Notes: generated by a model not told the origin, from the letters alone. Counted from the stretch's first letter, positions 1 through 7,647 are shown. The stretch is 7,872 nucleotides of DNA from Halalkalibacterium halodurans (GCF_004376175.1 NZ_SNUY01000043.1:27548-35419); one strand, 5' to 3'. Translations and numbers: made by a program.

Positions 1-1
1 C

Positions 2-27
2 GTATTGTCAAAACTTTATATAGAAAT
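2..27 (+). repeat. Left terminal inverted repeat (IRL) of the IS
   Basis: GTATTGTCAAAACTTTATATAGAAAT. It pairs imperfectly with the reverse complement of 1808-1833. The shared core is TGTCAAAA. Confidence 0.65.
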
Positions 28-150
28 AGGTTAATAAATCCTATATTAGAGGGCTTTATAAGCAAAAAACTTGCCACCCCCCTGAATTCTAAGGTATTGA
101 TGAGGTAACCACACGACATCAATCCCCTTAAGAAAAAAGGATGTGACAAG

Positions 151-1584
151 TTGTTACCTCAAATTATAACCTATTTACTTATGTTAATAAACTATCAAGA
201 ACAAATGATTCGAACGTTGCTTACCCTACTGATTGGGAAAAGCATGTTTGATAAGCCAATAGAAGCGCCAGTGAACAAACCTTATCGGAAACTTCAAGTC
301 GACGATCTGCCGATCATTGAAGTACCAGAAAAACTTGATTTTAAACAGTTATTAACTGAGCATCTGGCGGCGAATGGAAAGCCTCTTAAACCGGTACAGA
401 GACGTTCTAATTCAACACCTGTTCCTGCGTCAATGAAATGTCCAAAGTGTGGTGCTCCATCCGAGTATTTGTATGCCAATAATGGAGGGAAAGGACAGTT
501 TCAATGTAAGGTGTGTTCCTGTCTTTTTAATCAAAAAAGCCGCTATCTCAAAGAGGCCATCCTTAAGTGCCCTCACTGTGCCAAGACTCTTGAAAAAATC
601 AAGGAAAGAAAAGACTTTAATGTGTTTAAGTGTAAAAACAATGACTGTTCCTACTACCAAAAGAAATTGAGTAGAATGTCACAAAAAGAGAAAAAACGGT
701 TCAAAGAAGACCCTCAAGCCTTTAAAATGCGGTATATTTACCGCCAGTTTCACATTGACTATCAACCGTTAGCGAAACATTCACCCAAGAAGCCAAAAGT
801 CGATTTATCAAGGCTTTATGTGTCTCCACATACACTTGGACTCATTCTGACGTATCACGTGAATTACGGGCTATCCGCTCGTAAAACAGCTGCACTGATG
901 AAAGATATTCATGGTGTATCCATTTCTCACCAAAGCATTTTAAACTACGAAAACAGTGTAGCACTTACGCTTAAGCCTTACGTCGACCACTACCCTTATG
1001 AGCTTTCAGATCAATTCTGTGGTGACGAAACGTATATCCGTGTGAATGGTCGTTGGCACTATCTGTTTTTCTTTTTTGATGCGGTGAAAAAGGTGATTCT
1101 CTCATACCCTGTCTCACCAAATCGAGACACAGCGACCGCCATTCGAGCGATTGACGAAGTATTACTTAAGCTGAAAGAGATTCCTGAGAACCTTACATTC
1201 GTTGTCGATGGAAACCCAATCTACTTGTTAGCACAGCATTTCTTTTCCCAACATGAGATTCCATTTGACGTAATACAAGTCATCGGCTTAACCAATGAAG
1301 ATGAAGTCTCCAAGGAATATAGACCGCTAAAACAGATTATTGAGAGACTGAATCGAACCTTTAAAGGCAACTACCGATCCACTCACGGATTCGGGTCAGA
1401 ACAAGGATCCGTATCATTTGTGACCTTATTTGTGGCTTACTTCAACTTTCTAAGACCGCATTCAGCCTTGGAAGGTAAAGTTCCTGTTCTCATTCCAGAG
1501 TTAGAACAACTTCCAAACATGCCAGCACGCTGGACCAAGCTGATTGACTTAGCTCAACAATGGTTGATTGATCAGACTGCCTAG
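151..1584 (+). CDS. DDE transposase, IS6/IS240-like catalytic core, with an N-terminal double zinc-ribbon extension and a helix-turn-helix
   Basis: The segment DETYIRVNGRWHYLF...D strongly resembles the IS26/IS240 motif DETYVKVNGRWxYLYRAID. Candidate DDE triad: D292 (GAC 1024-1026), D353 (GAT 1207-1209, VVDGNPIY) and E398 (GAG 1342-1344, IIERLNRTFKG). Two Cys4 motifs: C97xxC100-x18-C119xxC122 and C140xxC143-x17-C161xxxxC166 (nt 439-648). HTH-like segment LSARKTAALMKDIHGVSISHQSILNY. A TTG start at 151 lies 9 nt after AAAGGA. The start is uncertain; in-frame ATGs occur at 181, 205 and 244. Confidence 0.85.
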   Translation: MLPQIITYLLMLINYQEQMIRTLLTLLIGKSMFDKPIEAPVNKPYRKLQVDDLPIIEVPEKLDFKQLLTEHLAANGKPLKPVQRRSNSTPVPASMKCPKCGAPSEYLYANNGGKGQFQCKVCSCLFNQKSRYLKEAILKCPHCAKTLEKIKERKDFNVFKCKNNDCSYYQKKLSRMSQKEKKRFKEDPQAFKMRYIYRQFHIDYQPLAKHSPKKPKVDLSRLYVSPHTLGLILTYHVNYGLSARKTAALMKDIHGVSISHQSILNYENSVALTLKPYVDHYPYELSDQFCGDETYIRVNGRWHYLFFFFDAVKKVILSYPVSPNRDTATAIRAIDEVLLKLKEIPENLTFVVDGNPIYLLAQHFFSQHEIPFDVIQVIGLTNEDEVSKEYRPLKQIIERLNRTFKGNYRSTHGFGSEQGSVSFVTLFVAYFNFLRPHSALEGKVPVLIPELEQLPNMPARWTKLIDLAQQWLIDQTA

Positions 1585-1611
1585 CTTTTGTTTAGCTGAG
1601 CCCTAACATCA

Positions 1612-1761
1612 GCAATCGGCGTAGCGAACTCTTGACAAACCGAACTTGCCAATGGTTTAAAATGGAAATAACCAAGGGCTATTTGGTATGCCTTCTTTTG
1701 TCCCCTTCGCCCTTGTTTAGCCTTAGTCAAAACCATTGGCGTGTTTGTCAAGAGCGATTGC
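1612..1761. repeat. Long imperfect palindrome (subterminal hairpin) between the transposase stop and IRR
   Basis: Perfectly complementary blocks: gcaatcg 1612-1618 with cgattgc 1755-1761; ctcttgacaaac 1629-1640 with gtttgtcaagag 1743-1754; ccaatggttt 1649-1658 with aaaccattgg 1730-1739; caagggc 1673-1679 with gcccttg 1709-1715. That is about 36 bp paired, with internal loops. Confidence 0.7.
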
Positions 1762-1807
1762 GGGGCTCCTCCACCCACAAAAGAGAAAAGAACTGAATGC
1801 CTAGTGA

Positions 1808-1833
1808 GTTTTCATAGAACTTTTGACATTACC
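1808..1833 (-). repeat. Right terminal inverted repeat (IRR) of the IS
   Basis: The reverse complement GGTAATGTCAAAAGTTCTATGAAAAC matches the IS end at 7746-7771 at 24/26 positions and matches IRL in its first 16 nt. Confidence 0.75.
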
Positions 1834-1864
1834 TTTTAAATGTATGAGCTAGGTAGGTAAGAAT

Positions 1865-1893
1865 TTTACTATGTCAGAGTATTCTGTTAAAAT
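1865..1893 (+). promoter_or_regulatory. Candidate sigma-A promoter for the aminotransferase gene
   Basis: TTTACT (1865-1870), a 17-nt spacer, then TAAAAT (1888-1893), preceded by TGt (extended -10). This implies a leader of about 150 nt. Confidence 0.4.
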
Positions 1894-2047
1894 ACGTGAA
1901 ATAAGGTGTACTTTATTTAGTGGGGAGCTTTTTTAAGGAGAGACCCACACGTTGTAGGATACATAGATGTGACCATGGGATAAGACGTACTCAAAGCAAT
2001 AAAGTAGGGAATTTATCCCCAGAAAAGAAAAAACAGGTGGGAGAGAC

Positions 2048-3235
2048 ATGAAGACGTTTGAGCAAGCGAATATGATGAAAAGGTTGCCGGAGCAATTTTT
2101 TGCTAAATTGGTCGAGCAAGTACAAGAAGTAAAAAAAGATCACGATGATATTATTAATCTTGGTCAAGGAAGTCCAGATTTACCGACACCGGAGCATATT
2201 GTGGAGAAGCTGCAGGAGGCAGCGGAAAATCCTTTGTACCATCGCTATGCACCTTTTTCAGGTTATCCGTTTCTAAAAGAAGCGGTGTCTAAGTATTATG
2301 AACGAGAATATGGTGTATCGGTCGATCCAAAAACAGAAGTGGCCGTATTAGGTGGGGCGAAGACGGGTCTTGTAGAAGTGAGTCAATGCTTTTTAAACCC
2401 AGGTGACATTGCTCTCGTTCCAGACCCCGGCTATCCCGATTATTGGTCGGGGATCGCTATCGCAGGGGGAAGCATGTACGGAATGCCGTTAAAAAAGGAG
2501 CTAGGCTTCCATCCAGACCTAAGAGGGATTCCTGCACCTGTACTATATGAAGCGAAGCTCATGTTTTTAAACTACCCGAACAATCCGACTGGTGCAGTCG
2601 CTACAGAGGAGCTGTTTGCTGATGCAATTGAGTTAGCAGAGGAATATGATATTTGTGTCGTTCACGATTTTGCTTACTCTGCCATCGGTTTCGATGGGCA
2701 AAAGCCGCTTAGTTTTTTACAAGTAGAGGGAGCGAAGAACGTCGGGGTAGAAATGATCACCTTGTCGAAAAATTACAACATGGCAGGCTGGCGAATCGGT
2801 TTTGCGGTTGGAAATCCGAGTGTTATTAAAGCGATTGAGACATTGCAGGATCACTATTTTTGCAGTTTATTTGGCGGCATTCAAGCCGCAGCTGCCCATG
2901 CGCTATTGAGCGATCAATCGAGCGTCACGACCCTCGTTCAAACTTACGAGGAGCGGCGAAATGCCCTCGTGAAAGCAGCTCGAGCGATTGGCTGGGATGT
3001 TGAGGCACCGAAAGGATCATTTTTTGCTTGGTTTCCAGTACCATCAGGCTTTACATCAGAGGAGTTTGCTACTTATTTGCTAAAAAAGGCCCGCGTCGTT
3101 GTTGCTCCTGGGAAAGGATTCGGGGAGCATGGGGAAGGCTATGTTCGAGTTGCTTTGTTAGCTGATATTGCTAAGCTTGAGGAGGCGATGGGGCGAGTGG
3201 GAAAACTTGATGTTTTCTCTAATAAGCGAGGATGA
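2048..3235 (+). CDS. Class I/II (fold-type I) PLP-dependent aminotransferase, MtnE/YkrV-like or LL-DAP/aspartate aminotransferase-like
   Basis: Family signatures are present: NLGQGSPDLPTP, NYPNNPTG, and SKNYNMAGWRIGF with the presumptive PLP lysine K241 (AAA 2768-2770). Length is 395 aa. RBS GGTGGGAGAG sits upstream of the ATG. The subfamily assignment comes from recollection of B. subtilis MtnE-like sequences, not from a search. Confidence 0.85.
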   Translation: MKTFEQANMMKRLPEQFFAKLVEQVQEVKKDHDDIINLGQGSPDLPTPEHIVEKLQEAAENPLYHRYAPFSGYPFLKEAVSKYYEREYGVSVDPKTEVAVLGGAKTGLVEVSQCFLNPGDIALVPDPGYPDYWSGIAIAGGSMYGMPLKKELGFHPDLRGIPAPVLYEAKLMFLNYPNNPTGAVATEELFADAIELAEEYDICVVHDFAYSAIGFDGQKPLSFLQVEGAKNVGVEMITLSKNYNMAGWRIGFAVGNPSVIKAIETLQDHYFCSLFGGIQAAAAHALLSDQSSVTTLVQTYEERRNALVKAARAIGWDVEAPKGSFFAWFPVPSGFTSEEFATYLLKKARVVVAPGKGFGEHGEGYVRVALLADIAKLEEAMGRVGKLDVFSNKRG

Positions 3236-3270
3236 ACCTATCGATTGTGGATAGGTTCTCTTCTTTATTC
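3234..3270 (+). terminator. Rho-independent terminator of the aminotransferase gene
   Basis: Perfect 9-bp stem gaacctatc (3234-3242) with gataggttc (3250-3258), a 7-nt loop, followed by the T-rich tract tcttctttattc. Confidence 0.75.
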
Positions 3271-3297
3271 GTACGAACAAATAAATTTACAGTAAAT

Positions 3298-3326
3298 TTG
3301 AAAAATAAACGCAATACGTTTATAAT
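3298..3326 (+). promoter_or_regulatory. Sigma-A promoter of aguA
   Basis: TTGAAA (3298-3303), a 17-nt spacer, then the consensus TATAAT (3321-3326). Confidence 0.7.
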
Positions 3327-3335
3327 GTAACTGAA

Positions 3336-3355
3336 CTACCATTCTAGTTATACTA
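3336..3355 (+). promoter_or_regulatory. Operator-like site A (putative UxuR/GntR-family binding site)
   Basis: ctaccattCTAGttatacta, starting 9 nt after the -10 box. It shares ACTACCAT-CTAG-T with sites at 7575-7594 and 6393-6412 (the latter inverted). Confidence 0.55.
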
Positions 3356-3436
3356 AAATGTCAGAAGGGATTGGAGTCCCTTACTCTATCATGAATGAAT
3401 TTTGATTACCATTTTCACGCGTAGGGAGGAGATGTC

Positions 3437-5485
3437 ATGAATCGAGGAGAAACTGGTTATGAAACATGGCTTCGGTATGAGGAAATAACAGATTCAGCAC
3501 TACATACCCAGTATCGAGCCTATTTTCAAACAATTGAAATCAAGGGGAATTCGCCGATTATCGAATCCGCAAAAGAAGAATTAACGCATGGCCTGAGATC
3601 ATTACTTGGTGTCACACCGAATTATTTATCTGCTACTGGAGAGCAGGCTTCCTGTCTTATAGGAACGATTGCCGATGTGGCCGAAGTGTCTCAGGCAATA
3701 AAAGAACGACTACGCGAAGAAGGGTATGCCATTTATTCCGAAAAAGGGCGCCTCGTTCTCGTAGGTAAAACAGAAACGGGCGTTTTATACGGTACCTTTC
3801 ACTTGCTGAGGCTTTTGCAAATGCGGAATCACTTGCACGACCTTCGCATTGTTGAAAATCCGCGAAATCAATTGCGTATGATCAATGAGTGGGATAATAT
3901 GGACGGTAGTATAGAGCGGGGCTATGCAGGAGGCTCAATTTTCTTTGAACATAATAAGGTGACAAACAACTTACAACGGATTAGGGATTATGCGCGAATC
4001 CTCTCCTCAATCGGAATAAATGCCATTGCTTTTAATAATGTCAACGTACACGAAGAGGAAACGAAGCTGATTACCCGCAAATTTTTGCCGGACGTCGCGA
4101 AAGTTGCAAATATTTTTCGGCAGTATGGAATTAAGACATTTTTAAGTATTAATTATGCTAGCCCTATTCAGCTAGGGAAGCTAGAGACGGCAGATCCCCT
4201 TGATGAGAAGGTTCGGGCCTGGTGGAAAGAAACAGTGGCAGACATTTATCGCTACATACCCGACTTTGGTGGCTTTCTTGTAAAAGCGGATTCTGAGCAT
4301 AGACCGGGTCCGTTTACTTATGGACGTAATCATGCAGAGGGGGCAAACATGTTAGCGGAGGCGTTGGCTCCGTTTGGCGGTATCGTCCTTTGGCGCTGCT
4401 TTGTGTACAATTGTCTTCAAGATTGGCGTGACCGAAAAACAGATCGAGCGAGAGCTGCTTATGACCATTTTAAACCACTCGATGGTCTATTCCATGACAA
4501 TGTCGTGCTGCAAATTAAAAACGGGCCAATGGATTTTCAAGTGCGTGAGCCGGTTTCCCCACTTTTTGGTGCCATGCCTAAGACGAACCAAATGCTCGAA
4601 TTTCAGATCACCCAAGAATATACAGGACAGCAGAAGCATCTATGCTATTTAGTTCCACAGTGGAAAGAAATTTTGGACTTTGATACGTTTGCAAATGGTA
4701 AAGAGAGCCCAGTAAAGTCGATCGTGGATGGCAGTCAATTTGACTACAAGGTTAGTGGGATCACGGCTGTGTCGAATGTGGGAAATGACGAAAATTGGAC
4801 CGGTCATTTATTAGCACAAGCAAACCTTTACGGATATGGGAGGCTTACGTGGAATCCTAATCTTTCAACTGAAGAGGTAACCGCTGAATGGACTCGGGCC
4901 ACTTTTGGTGACAATGAAGAAGTGATTCAGACGATTCACGAGATGCTTTTACAATCATGGCCGATTTACGAAAGCTACACGGCTCCATTAGGTGTTGGCT
5001 GGATGGTAGAGCCAGGTCACCATTACGGCCCTAATGTGGACGGTTATGAGTATTCTGTTTGGGGGACATACCATTATGCGGATTGTCACGGGATTGGTGT
5101 TGATCGGACAGTTGCAACTGGAACTGGTTATACAGCGCAATACTTTGCAGAAAACTACGAGTTGTACGAACATCTAGAAACATGTCCCGATTCGTTGCTC
5201 TTATTTTTCCATCATGTTCCATACACGCATAAGCTAAAGTCTGGCGTGACGGTCATTCAACATATTTACGACACTCATTTTTCTGGAGCAGAGCAGGCTG
5301 AGCAATTATTGGAAAGCTGGCGATCATTAGAAGGGAAAGTGGACTCGGAACGCTTTCAGCAAGTTCTCGAACGACTCGAACACCAAGCCGAGCACGCAAA
5401 AGAGTGGCGTGATGTGATCAATACGTATTTTTACCGGAAGTCAGGGATCCCAGATGAAAAAAAACGAACCATTTATCCGATATAA
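3437..5485 (+). CDS. aguA: Alpha-glucuronidase, glycoside hydrolase family 67
   Basis: Near-colinear resemblance to Geobacillus stearothermophilus AguA as I recall it: [140 protein letters not shown] ends 5 nt before the ATG. Confidence 0.95.
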   Translation: MNRGETGYETWLRYEEITDSALHTQYRAYFQTIEIKGNSPIIESAKEELTHGLRSLLGVTPNYLSATGEQASCLIGTIADVAEVSQAIKERLREEGYAIYSEKGRLVLVGKTETGVLYGTFHLLRLLQMRNHLHDLRIVENPRNQLRMINEWDNMDGSIERGYAGGSIFFEHNKVTNNLQRIRDYARILSSIGINAIAFNNVNVHEEETKLITRKFLPDVAKVANIFRQYGIKTFLSINYASPIQLGKLETADPLDEKVRAWWKETVADIYRYIPDFGGFLVKADSEHRPGPFTYGRNHAEGANMLAEALAPFGGIVLWRCFVYNCLQDWRDRKTDRARAAYDHFKPLDGLFHDNVVLQIKNGPMDFQVREPVSPLFGAMPKTNQMLEFQITQEYTGQQKHLCYLVPQWKEILDFDTFANGKESPVKSIVDGSQFDYKVSGITAVSNVGNDENWTGHLLAQANLYGYGRLTWNPNLSTEEVTAEWTRATFGDNEEVIQTIHEMLLQSWPIYESYTAPLGVGWMVEPGHHYGPNVDGYEYSVWGTYHYADCHGIGVDRTVATGTGYTAQYFAENYELYEHLETCPDSLLLFFHHVPYTHKLKSGVTVIQHIYDTHFSGAEQAEQLLESWRSLEGKVDSERFQQVLERLEHQAEHAKEWRDVINTYFYRKSGIPDEKKRTIYPI

Positions 5486-5583
5486 TTCGGCTAAGCAGGA
5501 TTTAAAGTCAACAAGGAAGACGAAGGGAACGTTAAATAGTGTGGCTTTAGCCTGCGGTTTTTCTAAGATTGAGAGGTGTTAGT

Positions 5584-6264
5584 ATGTTTAGAAGCAAAGC
5601 GGAAATGACGGGGTCAACGAGAGACTTTGTCTATCAGCGAATTAAAGAGCAGATCATAAACTTAGAATTGACACCAGGGACGAAAATCTCTGAACAAGAA
5701 ATGGCCGGCAAATTAGAGGTGAGCCGTACTCCTGTACGGGAGGCGTTTTTTAAGTTGGCCCAAGAAGACTTGCTCGTCATCATTCCGCAAAGTGGAACGA
5801 TTGTGTCCAAAATTGATCTAGACCTTGTAGAAGAGGGGCGATTTTTACGGGAGCACATTGAAAAGGCGATAGTGCGTGAAGTGTGCAAAAAGGCGAACCA
5901 AGATCAATTACTCCGCATCGAAACCAACTTGACGATGCAAGAGTTTTGTTTGAAAAAAGGGACACATCAGAGGTTGTTTGAATTAGATGAAGAATTTCAT
6001 GAACTTCTATTCGACATTTGTCAAAAGAAGCGAACGTGGAAAATCATCCGTCAGATGAATAGTCACCTTGACAGACTCCGAATGTTGAGACTCGCCATTA
6101 ACCAAGATTGGACGATCGTTGTTGAACACCACCAAAAAATTTTTGAGGCGATTTCGAGCCGAAACGAAGAGCTTGCAGAAGAGACGATGGCGACCCACAT
6201 GTCCCTCGTCATTGTCGAAAAAGATCAGCTTAGAGAGCGATATCCGGAATTTTTTTCACATTAA
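5584..6264 (+). CDS. uxuR: GntR-family transcriptional regulator, FadR subfamily (FCD effector domain); probable hexuronate/aldouronate repressor
   Basis: N-terminal winged HTH ISEQEMAGKLEVSRTPVREAFFKLAQEDLL. The C-terminal helical domain has D/H-containing motifs (DEEFHELLF, VEHHQKIFEAI, ATHMSL) typical of FCD domains. Its position between aguA and uxuA parallels uxuR of the Geobacillus glucuronate cluster. I chose the ATG at 5584 (RBS GAGAGGTG 5 nt upstream) over the upstream TTG at 5569 used in the ORF track. Confidence 0.8.
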   Translation: MFRSKAEMTGSTRDFVYQRIKEQIINLELTPGTKISEQEMAGKLEVSRTPVREAFFKLAQEDLLVIIPQSGTIVSKIDLDLVEEGRFLREHIEKAIVREVCKKANQDQLLRIETNLTMQEFCLKKGTHQRLFELDEEFHELLFDICQKKRTWKIIRQMNSHLDRLRMLRLAINQDWTIVVEHHQKIFEAISSRNEELAEETMATHMSLVIVEKDQLRERYPEFFSH

Positions 6265-6392
6265 GTATGTGAACCTATTCATGGGAGAGAGCAGTAGCTA
6301 TGGCTTTGCTGTCACTTAGGGTGGGAACTCTTAAGGAAACTTTACTCGCTATTGTCAACTGTTGAACCAATGGCGGGTAAAAAATAACTAAG

Positions 6393-6412
6393 TATGTATA
6401 CTAGTATGGTTA
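6393..6412 (-). promoter_or_regulatory. Operator-like site B upstream of uxuA
   Basis: tatgtatactagtatggtta contains the perfect 10-bp palindrome ATACTAGTAT (6398-6407). The reverse complement taaccataCTAGtatacata aligns with sites A and C. It sits 26 nt upstream of the uxuA ATG. The uxuA promoter itself is ambiguous: either TTGAAC 6362-6367 with a poor -10, or TATACT 6397-6402 inside the site. Confidence 0.5.
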
Positions 6413-6437
6413 TTGTGCGAGATAGGGAGGAATAAAG

Positions 6438-7532
6438 ATGAGGATGGTTTTTCGCTGGTTTGGTGCGGGAAACGATAGTGTTTCGTTAGCACATATAAGA
6501 CAGATTCCAGGCGTGGAAGGAATCGTCTGGGCTCTACACGACATACCGCCAGGAGAAGTTTGGCCTTTGTCACGGATTATGGAGGTAAAAGAGCAGGCCG
6601 AACAACATCAGTTTCATATCGATGTCGTAGAAAGTGTCAATGTTCATGAAGATATTAAATTAGGGTTACCGACGAGAGATCGATACATTGAAGCATATAA
6701 GCAGACGATCAAGCATTTGGCGAAGGCAGGTGTGAAGGTCATTTGTTATAACTTTATGCCTGTCTTTGATTGGGTACGAACCGATTTGTATAAAAAACTA
6801 GAGGACGGATCCACTGCCCTTTTTTACGAAAAAAAAGTGGTAGATGAAATGAATCCGAAAGGGTTAGTCGAAACGATTGCAAGTAACAAAACGTTTACGA
6901 TGCCAGGGTGGGAGCCGGAGCGATTAGCCTCTTTAAAAACTCTGTTTGAAGCGTATGAGCATGTATCAACGGAAGATCTTTGGGATCATTTGCACTATTT
7001 TCTACAAGAGGTCATCCCTGTCGCCGAGGCGTGTGATATTAAAATGGCGATCCATCCAGATGATCCACCATGGCCGATTTTTGGATTGCCGAGAATCGTG
7101 ACCAATCATGATAACATTCGAAGGTTGTTAAAACTTGTTGATCATCCGGCGAATGGGATTACGTTGTGCAGTGGAGCCCTTGGAGCAGATCTGAACAATC
7201 AAGTTCCCGAGATGATAAGAGAATTTGCAGACCGGATTCCGTTTGCTCATATTCGCAATATTAAACGGTTTGACAACGGAGACTTTGTTGAAACATCACA
7301 TCGGGAGCAAGACGGATCAATTGACATTGTCAGTATTGTTAAAGCTTATCATGAAGTTGGTTTTACAGGTTATGTCCGACCCGACCACGGACGACATATT
7401 TGGGATGAACAGTGCCGGCCGGGGTACGGTCTTTATGACCGAGCGTTAGGCATTATGTATTTATGGGGGATATGGGATTCTGTCCAGAATGGACAACGTA
7501 TGCACGACTTGCCGAGCCAAATAACCATTTGA
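6438..7532 (+). CDS. uxuA: Mannonate dehydratase
   Basis: N-terminus MRMVFRWFG...IRQIPGVEGIV, plus VHEDIKLG, ICYNFMPVFDWVRTDL and DGSTALFY, match the UxuA family (B. subtilis UxuA as recalled). Length is 364 aa. RBS AGGGAGGA lies 7 nt upstream. Confidence 0.93.
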   Translation: MRMVFRWFGAGNDSVSLAHIRQIPGVEGIVWALHDIPPGEVWPLSRIMEVKEQAEQHQFHIDVVESVNVHEDIKLGLPTRDRYIEAYKQTIKHLAKAGVKVICYNFMPVFDWVRTDLYKKLEDGSTALFYEKKVVDEMNPKGLVETIASNKTFTMPGWEPERLASLKTLFEAYEHVSTEDLWDHLHYFLQEVIPVAEACDIKMAIHPDDPPWPIFGLPRIVTNHDNIRRLLKLVDHPANGITLCSGALGADLNNQVPEMIREFADRIPFAHIRNIKRFDNGDFVETSHREQDGSIDIVSIVKAYHEVGFTGYVRPDHGRHIWDEQCRPGYGLYDRALGIMYLWGIWDSVQNGQRMHDLPSQITI

Positions 7533-7536
7533 ATTA

Positions 7537-7565
7537 TTGTATGTTTCAGAATTTTGTGTTATAAT
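7537..7565 (+). promoter_or_regulatory. Strong sigma-A promoter downstream of uxuA, with no gene behind it in this window
   Basis: TTGTAT (7537-7542), a 17-nt spacer, then TGtTATAAT (extended -10; TATAAT at 7560-7565). Confidence 0.6.
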
Positions 7566-7574
7566 TCGAATCAA

Positions 7575-7594
7575 CTACCATACTAGTATGATTA
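7575..7594 (+). promoter_or_regulatory. Operator-like site C
   Basis: ctaCCATACTAGTATGatta contains the perfect 12-bp palindrome CATACTAGTATG (7579-7590). It begins exactly 9 nt after the -10 box, the same spacing as site A after the aguA -10. Confidence 0.6.
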
Positions 7595-7647
7595 GAATGT
7601 CTTTGTCGTTATTTTTCTTTCTACTGGTAATTTGAATCATATGAAAA

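Larger units (their letters stand above)
1..1833 (+). mobile_element. Insertion sequence, IS6/IS240-like, about 1.83 kb. The left tip lies at or within 1-2 nt of the window edge.
   Basis: Terminal inverted repeats: left end cGTATTGTCAAAACTT (1-16) versus the reverse complement of the right end GGTAATGTCAAAAGTT (1833-1818), 13/16 identical. The GG tip and TGTCAAA core resemble IS6-family IRs such as GGTTCTGTTGCAAAGTT of IS257/IS431 (recalled from memory). The element encloses one DDE transposase ORF. A third copy of the same end occurs at 7746. Confidence 0.75.

Noticed and set aside
294-670. Short ORFs overlapping the transposase gene: 294-479 (-), 430-660 (-), 449-670 (+).
   Set aside because: They are fully embedded in a well-supported CDS, have no RBS and low-complexity translations. 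These are typical shadow ORFs.
1581-1778. 65-aa minus-strand ORF spanning the IS subterminal palindrome. The peptide segment SLLTNTPMV is also encoded in the second IS copy, and the one nucleotide difference there is synonymous.
   Set aside because: The conservation coincides exactly with the stem blocks of the DNA palindrome. In the second copy the frame has a TAA at 7784-7786 and no start codon before the conserved block. The segments between the blocks change non-synonymously (LTKAK versus YSEVN). No RBS is visible. A nucleic-acid-level element explains this better, though comparing more copies would settle it.
1823-1851. Hybrid promoter formed by the IS-borne TTGACA plus a flanking -10, driving the aminotransferase gene.
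   Set aside because: The hexamers at 16-18 nt spacing (tgagct, gagcta, agctag) do not resemble TATAAT. A better native promoter candidate exists at 1865-1893.
1894-2047. Possible riboswitch or T-box in the aminotransferase leader.
   Set aside because: I found no S-box (CTTATCaAGAG...GGGA), T-box (GGGTGGTACCGCG) or terminator/antiterminator pair by eye. The only stems are weak (gtggg...cccac, 5 bp). The leader is left as unassigned.
3365-3405. Hairpin aaggga-ttggag-tccctt (3365-3382) and the 4-codon uORF ATGAATGAATTTTGA (3391-3405) in the aguA leader.
   Set aside because: The 6-bp stem has no trailing T-tract, and the uORF has no RBS. There is no evidence for attenuation; it may at most be an mRNA-stabilising structure.
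4374-5222. Short ORFs inside aguA: 4374-4652 (+), 4988-5173 (-), 5031-5222 (-).
   Set aside because: They are embedded in the strongly supported GH67 reading frame and have no independent signals.
5569-5583. TTG at 5569 as the regulator start codon, as given in the ORF track.
   Set aside because: The sequence GAGAGGTG at 5570-5577 looks like the RBS for the ATG at 5584, so the upstream TTG would place the RBS inside the coding region. The ATG at 5584 is preferred but not proven.
6268-6281. cre-like sequence TGTGAACCTATTCA downstream of uxuR.
   Set aside because: The central CG dinucleotide, the most conserved part of cre, is CC here, and there is a second mismatch. Too weak to call.
6347-6364. 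cgctATTGTCAActgttg resembles the IS left end cgtATTGTCAAaactt, raising the possibility of a solo IR remnant.
   Set aside because: Only about a 9-nt exact match, no partner repeat and no flanking IS-like sequence. This is within chance expectation for a window of this size.
5634-6573. Short ORFs overlapping uxuR, the intergenic region and uxuA: 5634-5888 (-), 5780-5965 (-), 6007-6198 (-), 6119-6319 (+), 6388-6573 (-). A further one lies at 7225-7449 (+) within uxuA.
   Set aside because: These are shadow ORFs of well-supported genes with no RBS and no recognisable motifs.
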